The notes under the pieces: generated by a model
The model's database searches: none
Told to the model about the DNA's origin: nothing
Seen by the model: only the letters and a program-made list of their open reading frames with translations
Position numbers and translations under genes: made by a program
DNA from: Lachnospiraceae bacterium
GTDB lineage: Bacteria > Bacillota > Clostridia > Lachnospirales > Lachnospiraceae
Direction: 5' to 3'
NCBI GenBank assembly: GCA_017460845.1
Contig: JAFUAE010000108.1
Coordinates: 15,567-79,566 of the forward strand
Length of the DNA stretch: 64,000 bases
In this document: positions 53,068-61,203 of the stretch, in pieces
Position numbering within the stretch: the first letter of the stretch is position 1
Layout of the letters: each line of letters opens with the position of its first letter

Positions 53068-54261
53068 TTACAAAGCATCCACTTTTTCATAAAAGCCTTC
53101 GGGGAAGATCCCTTCCAGCATTTCCTTTGTGGCGGAAAGCAGCAGCTGCCTGATGCGCCTTTGCTCCTTTTCTTCCGGTACGATTGTTTCGATCCCGGCT
53201 TTTTCGGCCTGGCTGTATGCAGCTTCCTGTCCCGCCATGTACTGCTCAAAGGCAGTCCGGCTGTATTTTCTGGCACAGTCGGTCAGAATATTGCGGTCAT
53301 TTTCATCGATCTGCATCAGGGCCTTCTCGTTGATCAGCAGAAGCAGTGTCGAATACGCATGCTCCGTCTTGATCTGATAATGGATCTGGCTGATCATATC
53401 TGAATTTACAATGGTCTCCACATTATTTTCCAGCCCGTCAATATAACCGGACTGGAGCGCGGCGCTGCAGTCGCTTAACGGCAGCGGAACGACTTCGGCC
53501 TTCAGGGCCTGAAACTCCTTTTCCCGTATCCTGACGCCGGCCGGGATCCGGAGCCTGAGTCCTGAAAAATCCTCCGCCCGGTAGACCCTTGCTTCCCTTA
53601 GCCAGACATTCCTGACGCCGTCATGAAAAAGAGCGAGTGAACGGATCCCGCTTTCCTGCCGGAAGCGGTCCAGGAGTTCACGGCAGATATCGCTCTCATA
53701 AAAACGATTTACCTTTTCCGCCGAGGTAAACAGGCCGGGCATGCCGAATATAACGAAATGAGGGTCGATCGCCTCAAGCGCAGCCGTAGATACCAGGCAC
53801 ATTTCCACCGTTCCCTGGCGTATGCCGCTCAGATATTCCACCTGGTCCCCGAGCGAACTGGAATCGTAGATCTGAATGTCGATCCTTCCCGAGGTCTCGC
53901 GGAACACCTCCTCCGAAAACCCTCTGAGCGCATTCAGTGCCATCATTTCCGGATTCAGCGTAGATGCCAGCTTGAGGACGATCCTGTTTTCGTCACCGGG
54001 CCAGATATCCGGCTGATCCGAAGCTTCAGTCTCCGCCGTTGTTGCCGGGATATCCGAAGGCATTGCGCCGGAGGCGCTTTCGACGGCATTTGCAGCATTT
54101 GCAGTGTCTGCAATGTCCGCTGCCGGGTTCGTTTTGCCGGAGCAGCCGGCCAATAGCAGCGCAAAAAGGAAAACGGCTATGATCAGAATTCCCGGCAGGC
54201 GCCCTGACGGATGCACCGGTACGCATTCCTTAAGGCCCGTCATATTAAACTTTCGTTTCAT
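53068..54261 (-). CDS. DctP-type (TRAP-family) solute-binding lipoprotein, orphan (no DctQ/DctM nearby)
   Basis: 397 aa. Lipobox is LLLAGCSG. SGRIDIQIYDSSSLGDQVEYLSGIRQGTVEMCLVSTAAL aligns with the DctP core. The carboxylate-clamping Arg context is conserved (FHDGVRNVW). It ends 5 nt before the AraC gene start. Confidence 0.75.
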   Translation of the reverse strand: MKRKFNMTGLKECVPVHPSGRLPGILIIAVFLFALLLAGCSGKTNPAADIADTANAANAVESASGAMPSDIPATTAETEASDQPDIWPGDENRIVLKLASTLNPEMMALNALRGFSEEVFRETSGRIDIQIYDSSSLGDQVEYLSGIRQGTVEMCLVSTAALEAIDPHFVIFGMPGLFTSAEKVNRFYESDICRELLDRFRQESGIRSLALFHDGVRNVWLREARVYRAEDFSGLRLRIPAGVRIREKEFQALKAEVVPLPLSDCSAALQSGYIDGLENNVETIVNSDMISQIHYQIKTEHAYSTLLLLINEKALMQIDENDRNILTDCARKYSRTAFEQYMAGQEAAYSQAEKAGIETIVPEEKEQRRIRQLLLSATKEMLEGIFPEGFYEKVDAL

Positions 54262-54273
54262 ATTGTGATCCTC

Positions 54274-54293
54274 CGTTCTTCCTGATGAAGGTT
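54274..54293 (-). promoter_or_regulatory. Weaker third occurrence of the shared motif, in the leader of the binding-protein gene
   Basis: Plus strand CGTTCTTCCTGATGAAGGTT compared with TGTTCTTTCTGATGAAATGT gives 15 of 20 identical. It lies 13-32 nt upstream of the ATG and overlaps the RBS region, so it may be fortuitous. Confidence 0.3.
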
Positions 54294-54404
54294 TTCCGGG
54301 AAATAAAGCTCCTATTATGAAATACCGGAAGAAAGCAGCTGCAGGCAGCCGCCTTCTTCCATGTAATCATAACTTAAAATGTCAAAAATGTAAAAACCGC
54401 AGTC

Positions 54405-55487
54405 TTATTTTGCAAACTGATCCTTCACAAACCGCAGCGCGCAGTTTGCGCCGAACTCACCCTGATTGCCGTGTGTCGTGGAGGAGGTTCCGAACATATA
54501 TGCCTCAACCCCGTACTTTGTCAGGGCTTCAAACAGCTCATAGCTCTGTGCCGGAGCGACTCTGTGGTCTTTTCCGCCAAACAGGATCATAAACGGAACA
54601 TCGTTTTTATCCGTAAAATTCAGCGGGCAGGCAAGGTACGCTCTGTGAAGCGCAGCCTGCGTCTCCTCATCGGCGTCGGGATTAATATACGGGCTTCCCG
54701 GATTTCCCATCTGTGCCCTGAGTGCATACAGGCCCTGGTTTTCTCCCGTATATCCGATCAGCAGAGATCTGGAGGATTCCGGATCATCCGCCTGCTTGTA
54801 CATTTCCGCAGGATCGATGATGTGCGGTCTCAGATACTGTGCCGGTGCAAGGTCCAGAATGTCTGTCATTCCATAGTAGTCCACAACTGCCAGCGGCTTG
54901 GAGGAGTATTCCAGGTTTCCTCCGACCTCGCCCTCCAGCTCCTCCACGCCATCCGTGGTGCCGAGGATATTGCACAGCTGCGCGCCTGCGCTCTGACCCC
55001 AGACAATGATCCTGTCCGGATCGATGTTGTACTCATCCGCATGGGCTCTCAGGAATCGGATCTGGCCCTTGAGGTCCCAGACCATTGCCGGATACAGGGC
55101 TTCATTTGCAAGCCTGTAATCTGCCGTCACGACTGTGATGCCCATATCAAGGGCTCTCATGCAGGCGAAAAACGGATCATTGGTACCTGTATCCTTCTCC
55201 ATCAGATTCTCGCAGGTATAGTCTCCGGAAGTCCATGCTCCGCCGTGTACATAAAGGATCACGGGAGTCGGCCCGCTGACATTTTCCGGGTTGTATATAT
55301 TCATGCGAAGCTCCCTGGAAGGGCCGGCCTCGGAAAGCTCTGTATCTACTGTATCCACTACGACATCTGCAAATGTCGGCTTCTTTTCAAAATGTGTCCC
55401 CTCGAGCGGCTTATATTCCGCGAAAGAGCAGAGATGCGCGCCGAGCACGAGTGATACGCCAAGCAATACGGATAAAACTTTTTTCAT
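54405..55487 (-). CDS. Secreted alpha/beta-hydrolase esterase (HGG-type oxyanion hole, GQSAG nucleophile elbow), paralogue A
   Basis: 360 aa with a signal peptide. Contains VILYVHGGAWTSGD, IIVWGQSAGAQL and C-terminal TTHGNQG (catalytic His context). It lies 18 nt downstream of paralogue B. Confidence 0.8.
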   Translation of the reverse strand: MKKVLSVLLGVSLVLGAHLCSFAEYKPLEGTHFEKKPTFADVVVDTVDTELSEAGPSRELRMNIYNPENVSGPTPVILYVHGGAWTSGDYTCENLMEKDTGTNDPFFACMRALDMGITVVTADYRLANEALYPAMVWDLKGQIRFLRAHADEYNIDPDRIIVWGQSAGAQLCNILGTTDGVEELEGEVGGNLEYSSKPLAVVDYYGMTDILDLAPAQYLRPHIIDPAEMYKQADDPESSRSLLIGYTGENQGLYALRAQMGNPGSPYINPDADEETQAALHRAYLACPLNFTDKNDVPFMILFGGKDHRVAPAQSYELFEALTKYGVEAYMFGTSSTTHGNQGEFGANCALRFVKDQFAK

Positions 55488-55505
55488 TTTCCTGCCTCCT
55501 CTGCA

Positions 55506-56789
55506 TTAATATAATGAAGGTTCTTCCAGTCCGAACTGGTTGCATACAAACCTTGCCGCCGCATCGTCTGCAAACGGGCCCTGGTTGCCGTGGGACTGAA
55601 GTGTGCTGGTAAACATATAGGCTTCGATCCCCTCTTTGGTCAGCGCATCAAAGAGTCTCTCGCTCTGCACCATGGCAACGCGGAAATCCATACCGCCCTG
55701 GCAGATAAAGAAGGGGCAGTCATCCTTGCTGATGAAATTCAGCGGGGAAGCCAGATATGCTCTGTGAAGCGCAGCCTGGTCATATTCCGGAATTTCCGGA
55801 TTCTCATACGGATTCGACGGATTGCCCAGTTCGCCGCGCAGGTAAGCATTTCCCTCTCCGTCCACCTCTCCGCCGAAGCCAAGCAGCTGGCCGCGGGTGG
55901 CTGTTTTTGCATCGTTGGTATCATACAGAGACTGGAAGCCCTGCACATACGGCCGCACATACTGATCCGGTGCAAGCTGCAGGATCTCCGTCATTCCGAA
56001 ATAATCGACAACTGCCGTCGGCTTTGAGGAGAATTCCAGATTTCCGCCCACATCTCCCTCAAGCTCTTCCACACCGTCCGTGGTGCCGAGAATGTTGACC
56101 AGCTGGCCGCCTGCGGATTCTCCCCAGACAATGATCCTGTCAGGATCGATCCCGTATTCGTCCGCATGCGCTCTCAGGAAGCGGATCTGGCCCTTCAGGT
56201 CCCAGATCATCGCCGGATAGGATGCTTCCTGGCTCAGTCTGTAATCCGCGGTCACAACCGTGCATCCGTAATCGACCATCTTCATGCAGGCAAGGAAGGT
56301 GCCGTTTTCCTTATTTCCATCCATCAGGCTGGCGCAGGTATAATCGCCCGAGCTCCACTTTCCGCCGTGTACATAGATCACTGCCGGAGTTGCTTCCTCC
56401 GTGCCTTCCGGCTTGTAAATATTCATTTTTAATTCTCTGGAGGTTCCTGCTCCCGCAATTTCGGTATCCACCTCGGCAACGACCACATCGCTGAATGCCG
56501 GCTTGCCTTCAAATACGGGGAACTTCGGCTTTTCTTCGGCAGCCTTTGTTTCTGCCGGTGCAGTCTCAGCCGCAGCGCTTGTCTCCGAAACAGCTTTGGT
56601 CTCTGCTGCCGCAGTTTCCTGTACTGCTTCAGTTGTCTCTGCCGGGGCCTCCGCTTTCGTTTCCGCTGCTGCGGTTTCGACCGCCGCAGTTTCCTGTACT
56701 GCTGCCGTCTGTGATGTGCCGCTTCCCGAGCAGGCCGTCAGCATAGCTGCTCCCAGCATTGCCGCTCCCAATAAACATCTCTTTCTCAT
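55506..56789 (-). CDS. Lipoprotein alpha/beta-hydrolase esterase, paralogue B, with an Ala/Glu/Thr-rich linker
   Basis: 427 aa. Lipobox is AMLTACSG and the linker has repeated AAETKA/ETAAA. Contains VIYVHGGKWSSGD, IIVWGESAGGQL and LQSHGNQG. The DNA is about 85% identical to paralogue A across the core (for example 55000-55110 against 56120-56230). Confidence 0.8.
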   Translation of the reverse strand: MRKRCLLGAAMLGAAMLTACSGSGTSQTAAVQETAAVETAAAETKAEAPAETTEAVQETAAAETKAVSETSAAAETAPAETKAAEEKPKFPVFEGKPAFSDVVVAEVDTEIAGAGTSRELKMNIYKPEGTEEATPAVIYVHGGKWSSGDYTCASLMDGNKENGTFLACMKMVDYGCTVVTADYRLSQEASYPAMIWDLKGQIRFLRAHADEYGIDPDRIIVWGESAGGQLVNILGTTDGVEELEGDVGGNLEFSSKPTAVVDYFGMTEILQLAPDQYVRPYVQGFQSLYDTNDAKTATRGQLLGFGGEVDGEGNAYLRGELGNPSNPYENPEIPEYDQAALHRAYLASPLNFISKDDCPFFICQGGMDFRVAMVQSERLFDALTKEGIEAYMFTSTLQSHGNQGPFADDAAARFVCNQFGLEEPSLY

Positions 56790-56932
56790 AAGATTCTTCT
56801 GCTCCTTTCTGACAGAGTCATACCCTGATGATTTTCAGGACGCTTGACTTTAAATCCGCGTCCTGTGTCAAAAATATACAAAAAATCAAATGAACGGTAA
56901 ATTTTGAAATGTTCTGATGATTTTCAATTATT

Positions 56933-56952
56933 TGTTCTTTCTGATGAAATGT
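56933..56952 (-). promoter_or_regulatory. Candidate operator shared within the esterase/AraC locus (site 2)
   Basis: Plus strand reads TGTTCTTTCTGATGAAATGT, 145-165 nt upstream of the paralogue B ATG. Related half-sites GAAATGTTCTGATGA (56906-56920) and AAATGAACGG (56888-56897) are nearby. Confidence 0.5.
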
Positions 56953-57045
56953 GAAATTTCAGATGAGATGTATATAAAAACAGCCGTCCGGGGGAGTGCC
57001 CCGGGCAGCCGTAACAGAGAATCCGATATTATCCGGATCAGAAGT

Positions 57046-58254
57046 TTATTTCTCAGGTTTTTCCTCGTAGATGGCCGCAAGACCTCCGTGCGAGGTCTCC
57101 CGGTATTTTTCATTCATATCGAGACCGGTCCTGTACATTGTGTCGATGACCTGGTCGAGGGAGATCCGCCTGGTCTCATAGAGGAAACGGGAAATATTGA
57201 CCGAATTGACGGCGCGCATGGCCGCAACGGCATTTCTCTCGATACACGGGATCTGCACGAGTCCTTTTACCGGATCGCAGGTCAGCCCGAGATGATGCTC
57301 CATCGCAATCTCCGCCGCATATTCGATCTGACGGATATTGAGCCCGTACAGGCTGGCCAGAGCACCTGCCGCCATGGAGCAGGCAGAACCGATCTCCGCC
57401 TGGCATCCGCACTCCGCGCCTGAGATGCTGGCATTGGTCTGGATCACATTTCCGATGATGCCGGCAACCGCCAGGGCGTCAAGGATCTCATCCTCCCCGA
57501 AGCCGCGGTCATGGCGCATATAATAAAAGAGAGCAGGGATGACGCCGCAGCTGCCGCAGGTCGGTGCGGTCACGACGATGTGCTCGTCAGCATTTTCCTC
57601 ACTCACTGCAAATGCATAGGCCGCCAGGGTCCGCTCCATGGTGATGTCCGAGCTTTCATTGTGGCAGCGCATGGCGTAAAGCTTCCTGGCCTTGCGGGTC
57701 AGCTTCAGGCCGCCGGGCAGGGTCCCGTCCGCTGCCAGTCCCCTTTCTACGGCATCTTCCATCGTATGCCAGACCTCTCTCAGATACTCACGGAGCGCAG
57801 CTTCTCCCTCTGTGCGGTATACAAACTGACTGATGGTGCTCCCTTCTGCCTCACAGGCTTCAAGGATCTGGGCGAAATTTTTCTGTGCGTAGATCTCGTC
57901 TTCCTCTTCGGAGCTTTCTCCTTCGATCCGGATGGAGCCTCCGCCGATACTCATGATCCTCACCGAGGCGATCTCGACGCCCTTTTGATACGCCCTGAAC
58001 AGCATCGTATTCGGATGCGGCAGATCTGATGTTTTCTTGTCGAATATTACTTTAGCCCCCGGAATTGCCGAACGTACCGCCTTCCCGGTACCGTGGCCGG
58101 CTCCCGTAAATGCGAGAGAGCCGTATAGTGTCACTTCAAAGCTGTCCGCTTCCGGATAGCGGGCGCGGAAAAGCTTTGCCGCGCGGTAGGGACCGACCGT
58201 ATGGGAGCTGGATGGTCCGTGTCCGATCTTATATATTTGCCGGATCGTTTTCAT
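57046..58254 (-). CDS. sdaA: L-serine ammonia-lyase (iron-sulfur-dependent, single-chain form)
   Basis: 402 aa. Contains IYKIGHGPSSSHTVGP at the N-terminus plus GSCGVIPA, GAECGCQAEIGSACSMAA and LGLTCDPVKGLVQIPCIERNA, the cluster-binding and catalytic motifs of L-serine dehydratases. Confidence 0.9.
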   Translation of the reverse strand: MKTIRQIYKIGHGPSSSHTVGPYRAAKLFRARYPEADSFEVTLYGSLAFTGAGHGTGKAVRSAIPGAKVIFDKKTSDLPHPNTMLFRAYQKGVEIASVRIMSIGGGSIRIEGESSEEEDEIYAQKNFAQILEACEAEGSTISQFVYRTEGEAALREYLREVWHTMEDAVERGLAADGTLPGGLKLTRKARKLYAMRCHNESSDITMERTLAAYAFAVSEENADEHIVVTAPTCGSCGVIPALFYYMRHDRGFGEDEILDALAVAGIIGNVIQTNASISGAECGCQAEIGSACSMAAGALASLYGLNIRQIEYAAEIAMEHHLGLTCDPVKGLVQIPCIERNAVAAMRAVNSVNISRFLYETRRISLDQVIDTMYRTGLDMNEKYRETSHGGLAAIYEEKPEK

Positions 58255-58313
58255 TGACTTCCTCCATGTAATGCTTATTCTTTTTAAACAATGCTCTGTA
58301 AAAATGCCAAATT

Positions 58314-58345
58314 CATTCCGGCAATCAGCCGAAATTGCCGGAATG
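58314..58345 (-). terminator. Terminator-like hairpin after HTH-Uma2 paralogue 2
   Basis: 12-bp stem CATTCCGGCAAT (58314-58325) with ATTGCCGGAATG (58334-58345). The T-tract on the minus strand is weak. Confidence 0.45.
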
Positions 58346-58365
58346 CCGGGCCGGACGCAATAATA

Positions 58366-59244
58366 TCAGGGCTCTATACTTTCGAATTCTTCTATAATTT
58401 CCCTGATGCGGTCAAGATCGATCAGCAGCTCTTCCTCAAAAATACCGATGGCGTACTTTCCTTCCAATGGAAGTATGTGGGTCTGCGGTCTGGAATAATC
58501 ATAGACGACCAGCTTATTTTTATAGGGATCAATGATCCAGTATTCCCTGACCCCGGCATCCATGTATTTTGTAGCTTTCACGATCTTATCCTTAGCTGCC
58601 GTGGAGGGTGATATTACCTCCAGCACAAAGTCCGGAGCTCCGAGAATGCTGTCCTTTCGAAGCTTGCTCCTGTCACAGACCACAAACAGATCGGGGATCA
58701 CATAGGTTGAATCCCTGTTTCCGTCCAGAAAGATGCCGACCGGAGCCAGAGATACCATGCACTTACCCTTATGATCTCGTATATGCTGATGAATCGCAAG
58801 AAAGACCTCCTCCCCGATTTTCTGATGGATCCAGCTGGGCGTCGCCATATCAAACAGCATTCCGTCAATCAGTTCATACAATCTTCCCTCCGGCAGTTTC
58901 TCAAGATCCGAAAACGTATATTCCCCCTGTTCCTTGAGCGGTGCTCCATATGCGATTGCCTTTTCACAAAGCATCCATGGAGTGTTTTCCCCTGTTTCCG
59001 GAGAATAGCCGGGAATCTCACGCTTCGGAATCTCTTCTCCCTGATAGCTGTACAGATCTCCCGGCAGCCAGGAACGCTGCCGAAAAAAATCCTCGATCTG
59101 CTTCATGGTATCGACTCTCGGATTCTTCGTCTGCCCTGACAAAATCTTGGTCAGGGTACCAAGCGGCACGCCGGTATACTCCGAAAGCTGGGCAGCGCTG
59201 TAGCCGCGCTCTGCTTTGATCTTTAACATTTCTTCTCTCGTCAT
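58366..59244 (-). CDS. XRE-type HTH domain fused to a Uma2 (DUF820) PD-(D/E)xK endonuclease-fold domain (paralogue 2)
   Basis: 292 aa from the ATG at 59244 (RBS AGGAGG). The HTH is YSAAQLSEYTGVPLGTLTKILSG. The nuclease fold has ELIDGMLFDMATP, IPDLFVVCD, GAPDFVLEVISPST and YMDAGVREYWIID. About 40% identical to paralogue 1. Confidence 0.8.
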   Translation of the reverse strand: MTREEMLKIKAERGYSAAQLSEYTGVPLGTLTKILSGQTKNPRVDTMKQIEDFFRQRSWLPGDLYSYQGEEIPKREIPGYSPETGENTPWMLCEKAIAYGAPLKEQGEYTFSDLEKLPEGRLYELIDGMLFDMATPSWIHQKIGEEVFLAIHQHIRDHKGKCMVSLAPVGIFLDGNRDSTYVIPDLFVVCDRSKLRKDSILGAPDFVLEVISPSTAAKDKIVKATKYMDAGVREYWIIDPYKNKLVVYDYSRPQTHILPLEGKYAIGIFEEELLIDLDRIREIIEEFESIEP

Positions 59245-59306
59245 CTTCGGCCTCCTGTCTCCGTCTTTTTCAAATATGTGATCCAAAAGTCAATTATTCT
59301 ATACCG

Positions 59307-59334
59307 ATTATACCATATTTGGATATATTTTCAA
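59307..59334 (-). promoter_or_regulatory. Near-consensus SigA promoter of HTH-Uma2 paralogue 2
   Basis: On the minus strand: TTGAAA (plus 59329-59334), then a 16-nt spacer, then TATAAT (plus 59307-59312). The spacer contains AATATATCCAA (plus 59319-59329), the same 11-mer found next to the paralogue 1 promoter. Confidence 0.6.
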
Positions 59335-59500
59335 CCATATTTGGTTATTCATTCCATTAATGGTTATTAATCGTTATATCAAAGCGGCTGATCACAGCCC
59401 GGTCACTGACCGGCATGAATGCAGCCGACATTGAAGTGCAGCTGCCTTCAGCGAATTCTGCTCTTGACCCTCTGGCTCTAAAAGTATAGTATAAGCTCTT

Positions 59501-59524
59501 GGAAAATGGACGAAAAAAGAAAGC
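59501..59524 (+). repeat. Left copy of the perfect 24-bp direct repeat flanking repeat copy F
   Basis: GGAAAATGGACGAAAAAAGAAAGC is identical to 59670-59693. Its last 13 nt form a perfect inverted repeat with the adjacent GCTTTCTTTTTTC (59527-59539). Confidence 0.95.
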
Positions 59525-59537
59525 AAGCTTTCTTTTT

Positions 59538-59662
59538 TCAGGACATTTGACAAGGCAACAAGTATGAGCAATAAAGGCACGCGAGTGAAACGAGCGGGGC
59601 GAGTTGCGAATACTTGTTAGCGATGCGGGAGCTGCTTTAGCAGCAGAGCAGCGCGCAGCTTA
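59538..59662 (+). repeat. Full copy of the repeat family (F)
   Basis: Sequence CAGGACATTTGACAAGGCAACAAGTATGAGCAATAAAGGCACGCGAGTGAAACGAGCGGGGCGAGTTGCGAATACTTGTTAGCGATGCGGGAGCTGCTTTAGCAGCAGAGCAGCGCGCAGCTTAT. It is collinear with A1. The mini-hairpin is replaced by GCTGC-TTTA-GCAGC (59631-59644). Confidence 0.85.
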
Positions 59663-59669
59663 TAAAAAA

Positions 59670-59693
59670 GGAAAATGGACGAAAAAAGAAAGC
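59670..59693 (+). repeat. Right copy of the perfect 24-bp direct repeat flanking repeat copy F
   Basis: GGAAAATGGACGAAAAAAGAAAGC is identical to 59501-59524. It lies 45 nt upstream of the pepD start. Confidence 0.95.
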
Positions 59694-59737
59694 CTGCCGG
59701 TGTCACTCGGCTCATAAACAAACAGGAGGTTCCTGAC

Positions 59738-61183
59738 ATGAGTGAAAAATGGTATCAGGGATATGAACAATACGCGAATTTCAGATACTTTGACGAGATC
59801 CTGCAGATTCCCCGCGGCTCCTTCCACGAGGAAAAGATCTCAGATTATATAGAAGAAAAGGTCAAAACAGCCGGCCTCTCCTATCACAGAAATGATCTCG
59901 GCGACTTTGTGATCCGTATTCCCGCTTCCAGAGGACGTGAGCAGGAGGCTCCCCTTGCGATCCAGGCGCACACGGACATGGTCTGCATGAAGACGGCGGA
60001 AAGCAGCCATGACTTCACAAAGGACCCGATCAGAGTCTATACCGAAGACGGATGGCTGAAGACCTTCGGCACAACGCTGGGTGCGGATGACGGGGCCGGC
60101 GTGGCTATGATCCTTGGTCTTATCGAAGAAAGAAATACCCTTTCCAATCCTCCGCTGGAGCTGATCCTGACCGTACAGGAAGAGGATGGCATGGGCGGTG
60201 CCAAAGGGCTTGATTTCTCACTGATCTCTGCAAAAAGAATGATCGGACTGGACGGTCTTCGCCTTGGCTCCACTTCATTTTCCGCTTCTGCTGTCGACCA
60301 GGATAAGCTGACGCACACGATCACAAGAGAGCCTGCAGAGGGACAGGCGTGGCGCATAAGTGTCAGCGGGCTCCGCTCCGGTCACGGCGGCAACAACATT
60401 GGAGACGGACTCGGCAATGCAATCAAAATCGCAGGCCGCATCCTGTATGCGCTGGACACCCGCTGCGGCATCCGCTTCGCATCCATTGACGGGGGAACTA
60501 TGGTACACACCATTCCGCCTGTCTGTACAGCTCTCTTTAAATCGCCGGCTTCCGGCGTGGAGCTCCGGGAAGCCTTTGAAGCAATTTCCGCAAAGATCTT
60601 CCGCCAACAGGCTGAGGCAGATCCTGATATGAAGCTGGTCCTGGAAAAATGTGATGACTGTCTCTGTGCATCCGAAGCGGAAAGCCGTGAGATCCTGGAT
60701 CTGCTCTTTGCGATCCCGGTCGGTGCCGTAAAGCGCTGGTACGGGCATCAGGAGCGCATCATTTTAAGCTATAATCTTTCAACTTCACATACAGACGAAG
60801 CGTCAGTTTCCTTCGATTATGTCTGCCGGGCAAATCTGCCCGAGGACTGCGGAGAGCTTTACGAGTCGGCCAAGCTCTTTGCAGAAAAATTCGGCTTCGG
60901 ATTTGCGAGGGTCTCCGCCTACGACGGCCATACCGTTGGCGAAAACTCACCGCTCACCCTGAACTATGAGGCAGTCTACAGCCGGAAATATCCCGGCAGA
61001 TTCGAGCGCCTGTTTATGCATGCGGGACTGGATGCCGGTACGATCATTACCGCAAAGCAGATGGATGATTTTATCATCATGATGCCGGATGTAAAGGATG
61101 TGCATATGCCGACGGAACGGATGCACCTGCAGACCTTTGCGGAATGCTATGAAATGTTAAAAGAGGTGATTGCCGGGTGCTGA
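59738..61183 (+). CDS. pepD: Aminoacyl-histidine (Xaa-His) dipeptidase, peptidase M20C
   Basis: 481 aa from the ATG at 59738 (RBS AGGAGG at 59724-59729). Contains LAIQAHTDMV, GTTLGADDGAGVAMILGL and LTVQEEDGMGGA, the metal-binding motifs of PepD-type M20 enzymes. Confidence 0.88.
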   Translation: MSEKWYQGYEQYANFRYFDEILQIPRGSFHEEKISDYIEEKVKTAGLSYHRNDLGDFVIRIPASRGREQEAPLAIQAHTDMVCMKTAESSHDFTKDPIRVYTEDGWLKTFGTTLGADDGAGVAMILGLIEERNTLSNPPLELILTVQEEDGMGGAKGLDFSLISAKRMIGLDGLRLGSTSFSASAVDQDKLTHTITREPAEGQAWRISVSGLRSGHGGNNIGDGLGNAIKIAGRILYALDTRCGIRFASIDGGTMVHTIPPVCTALFKSPASGVELREAFEAISAKIFRQQAEADPDMKLVLEKCDDCLCASEAESREILDLLFAIPVGAVKRWYGHQERIILSYNLSTSHTDEASVSFDYVCRANLPEDCGELYESAKLFAEKFGFGFARVSAYDGHTVGENSPLTLNYEAVYSRKYPGRFERLFMHAGLDAGTIITAKQMDDFIIMMPDVKDVHMPTERMHLQTFAECYEMLKEVIAGC

Positions 61184-61203
61184 ATTCAGCACCCGGTTTT
61201 TTC
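61173..61203 (+). terminator. Rho-independent terminator of pepD (bidirectional)
   Basis: Perfect 24-bp palindrome CCGGGTGCTGAATTCAGCACCCGG (61173-61196) overlapping the pepD stop codon, followed by TTTTTT. Confidence 0.8.
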
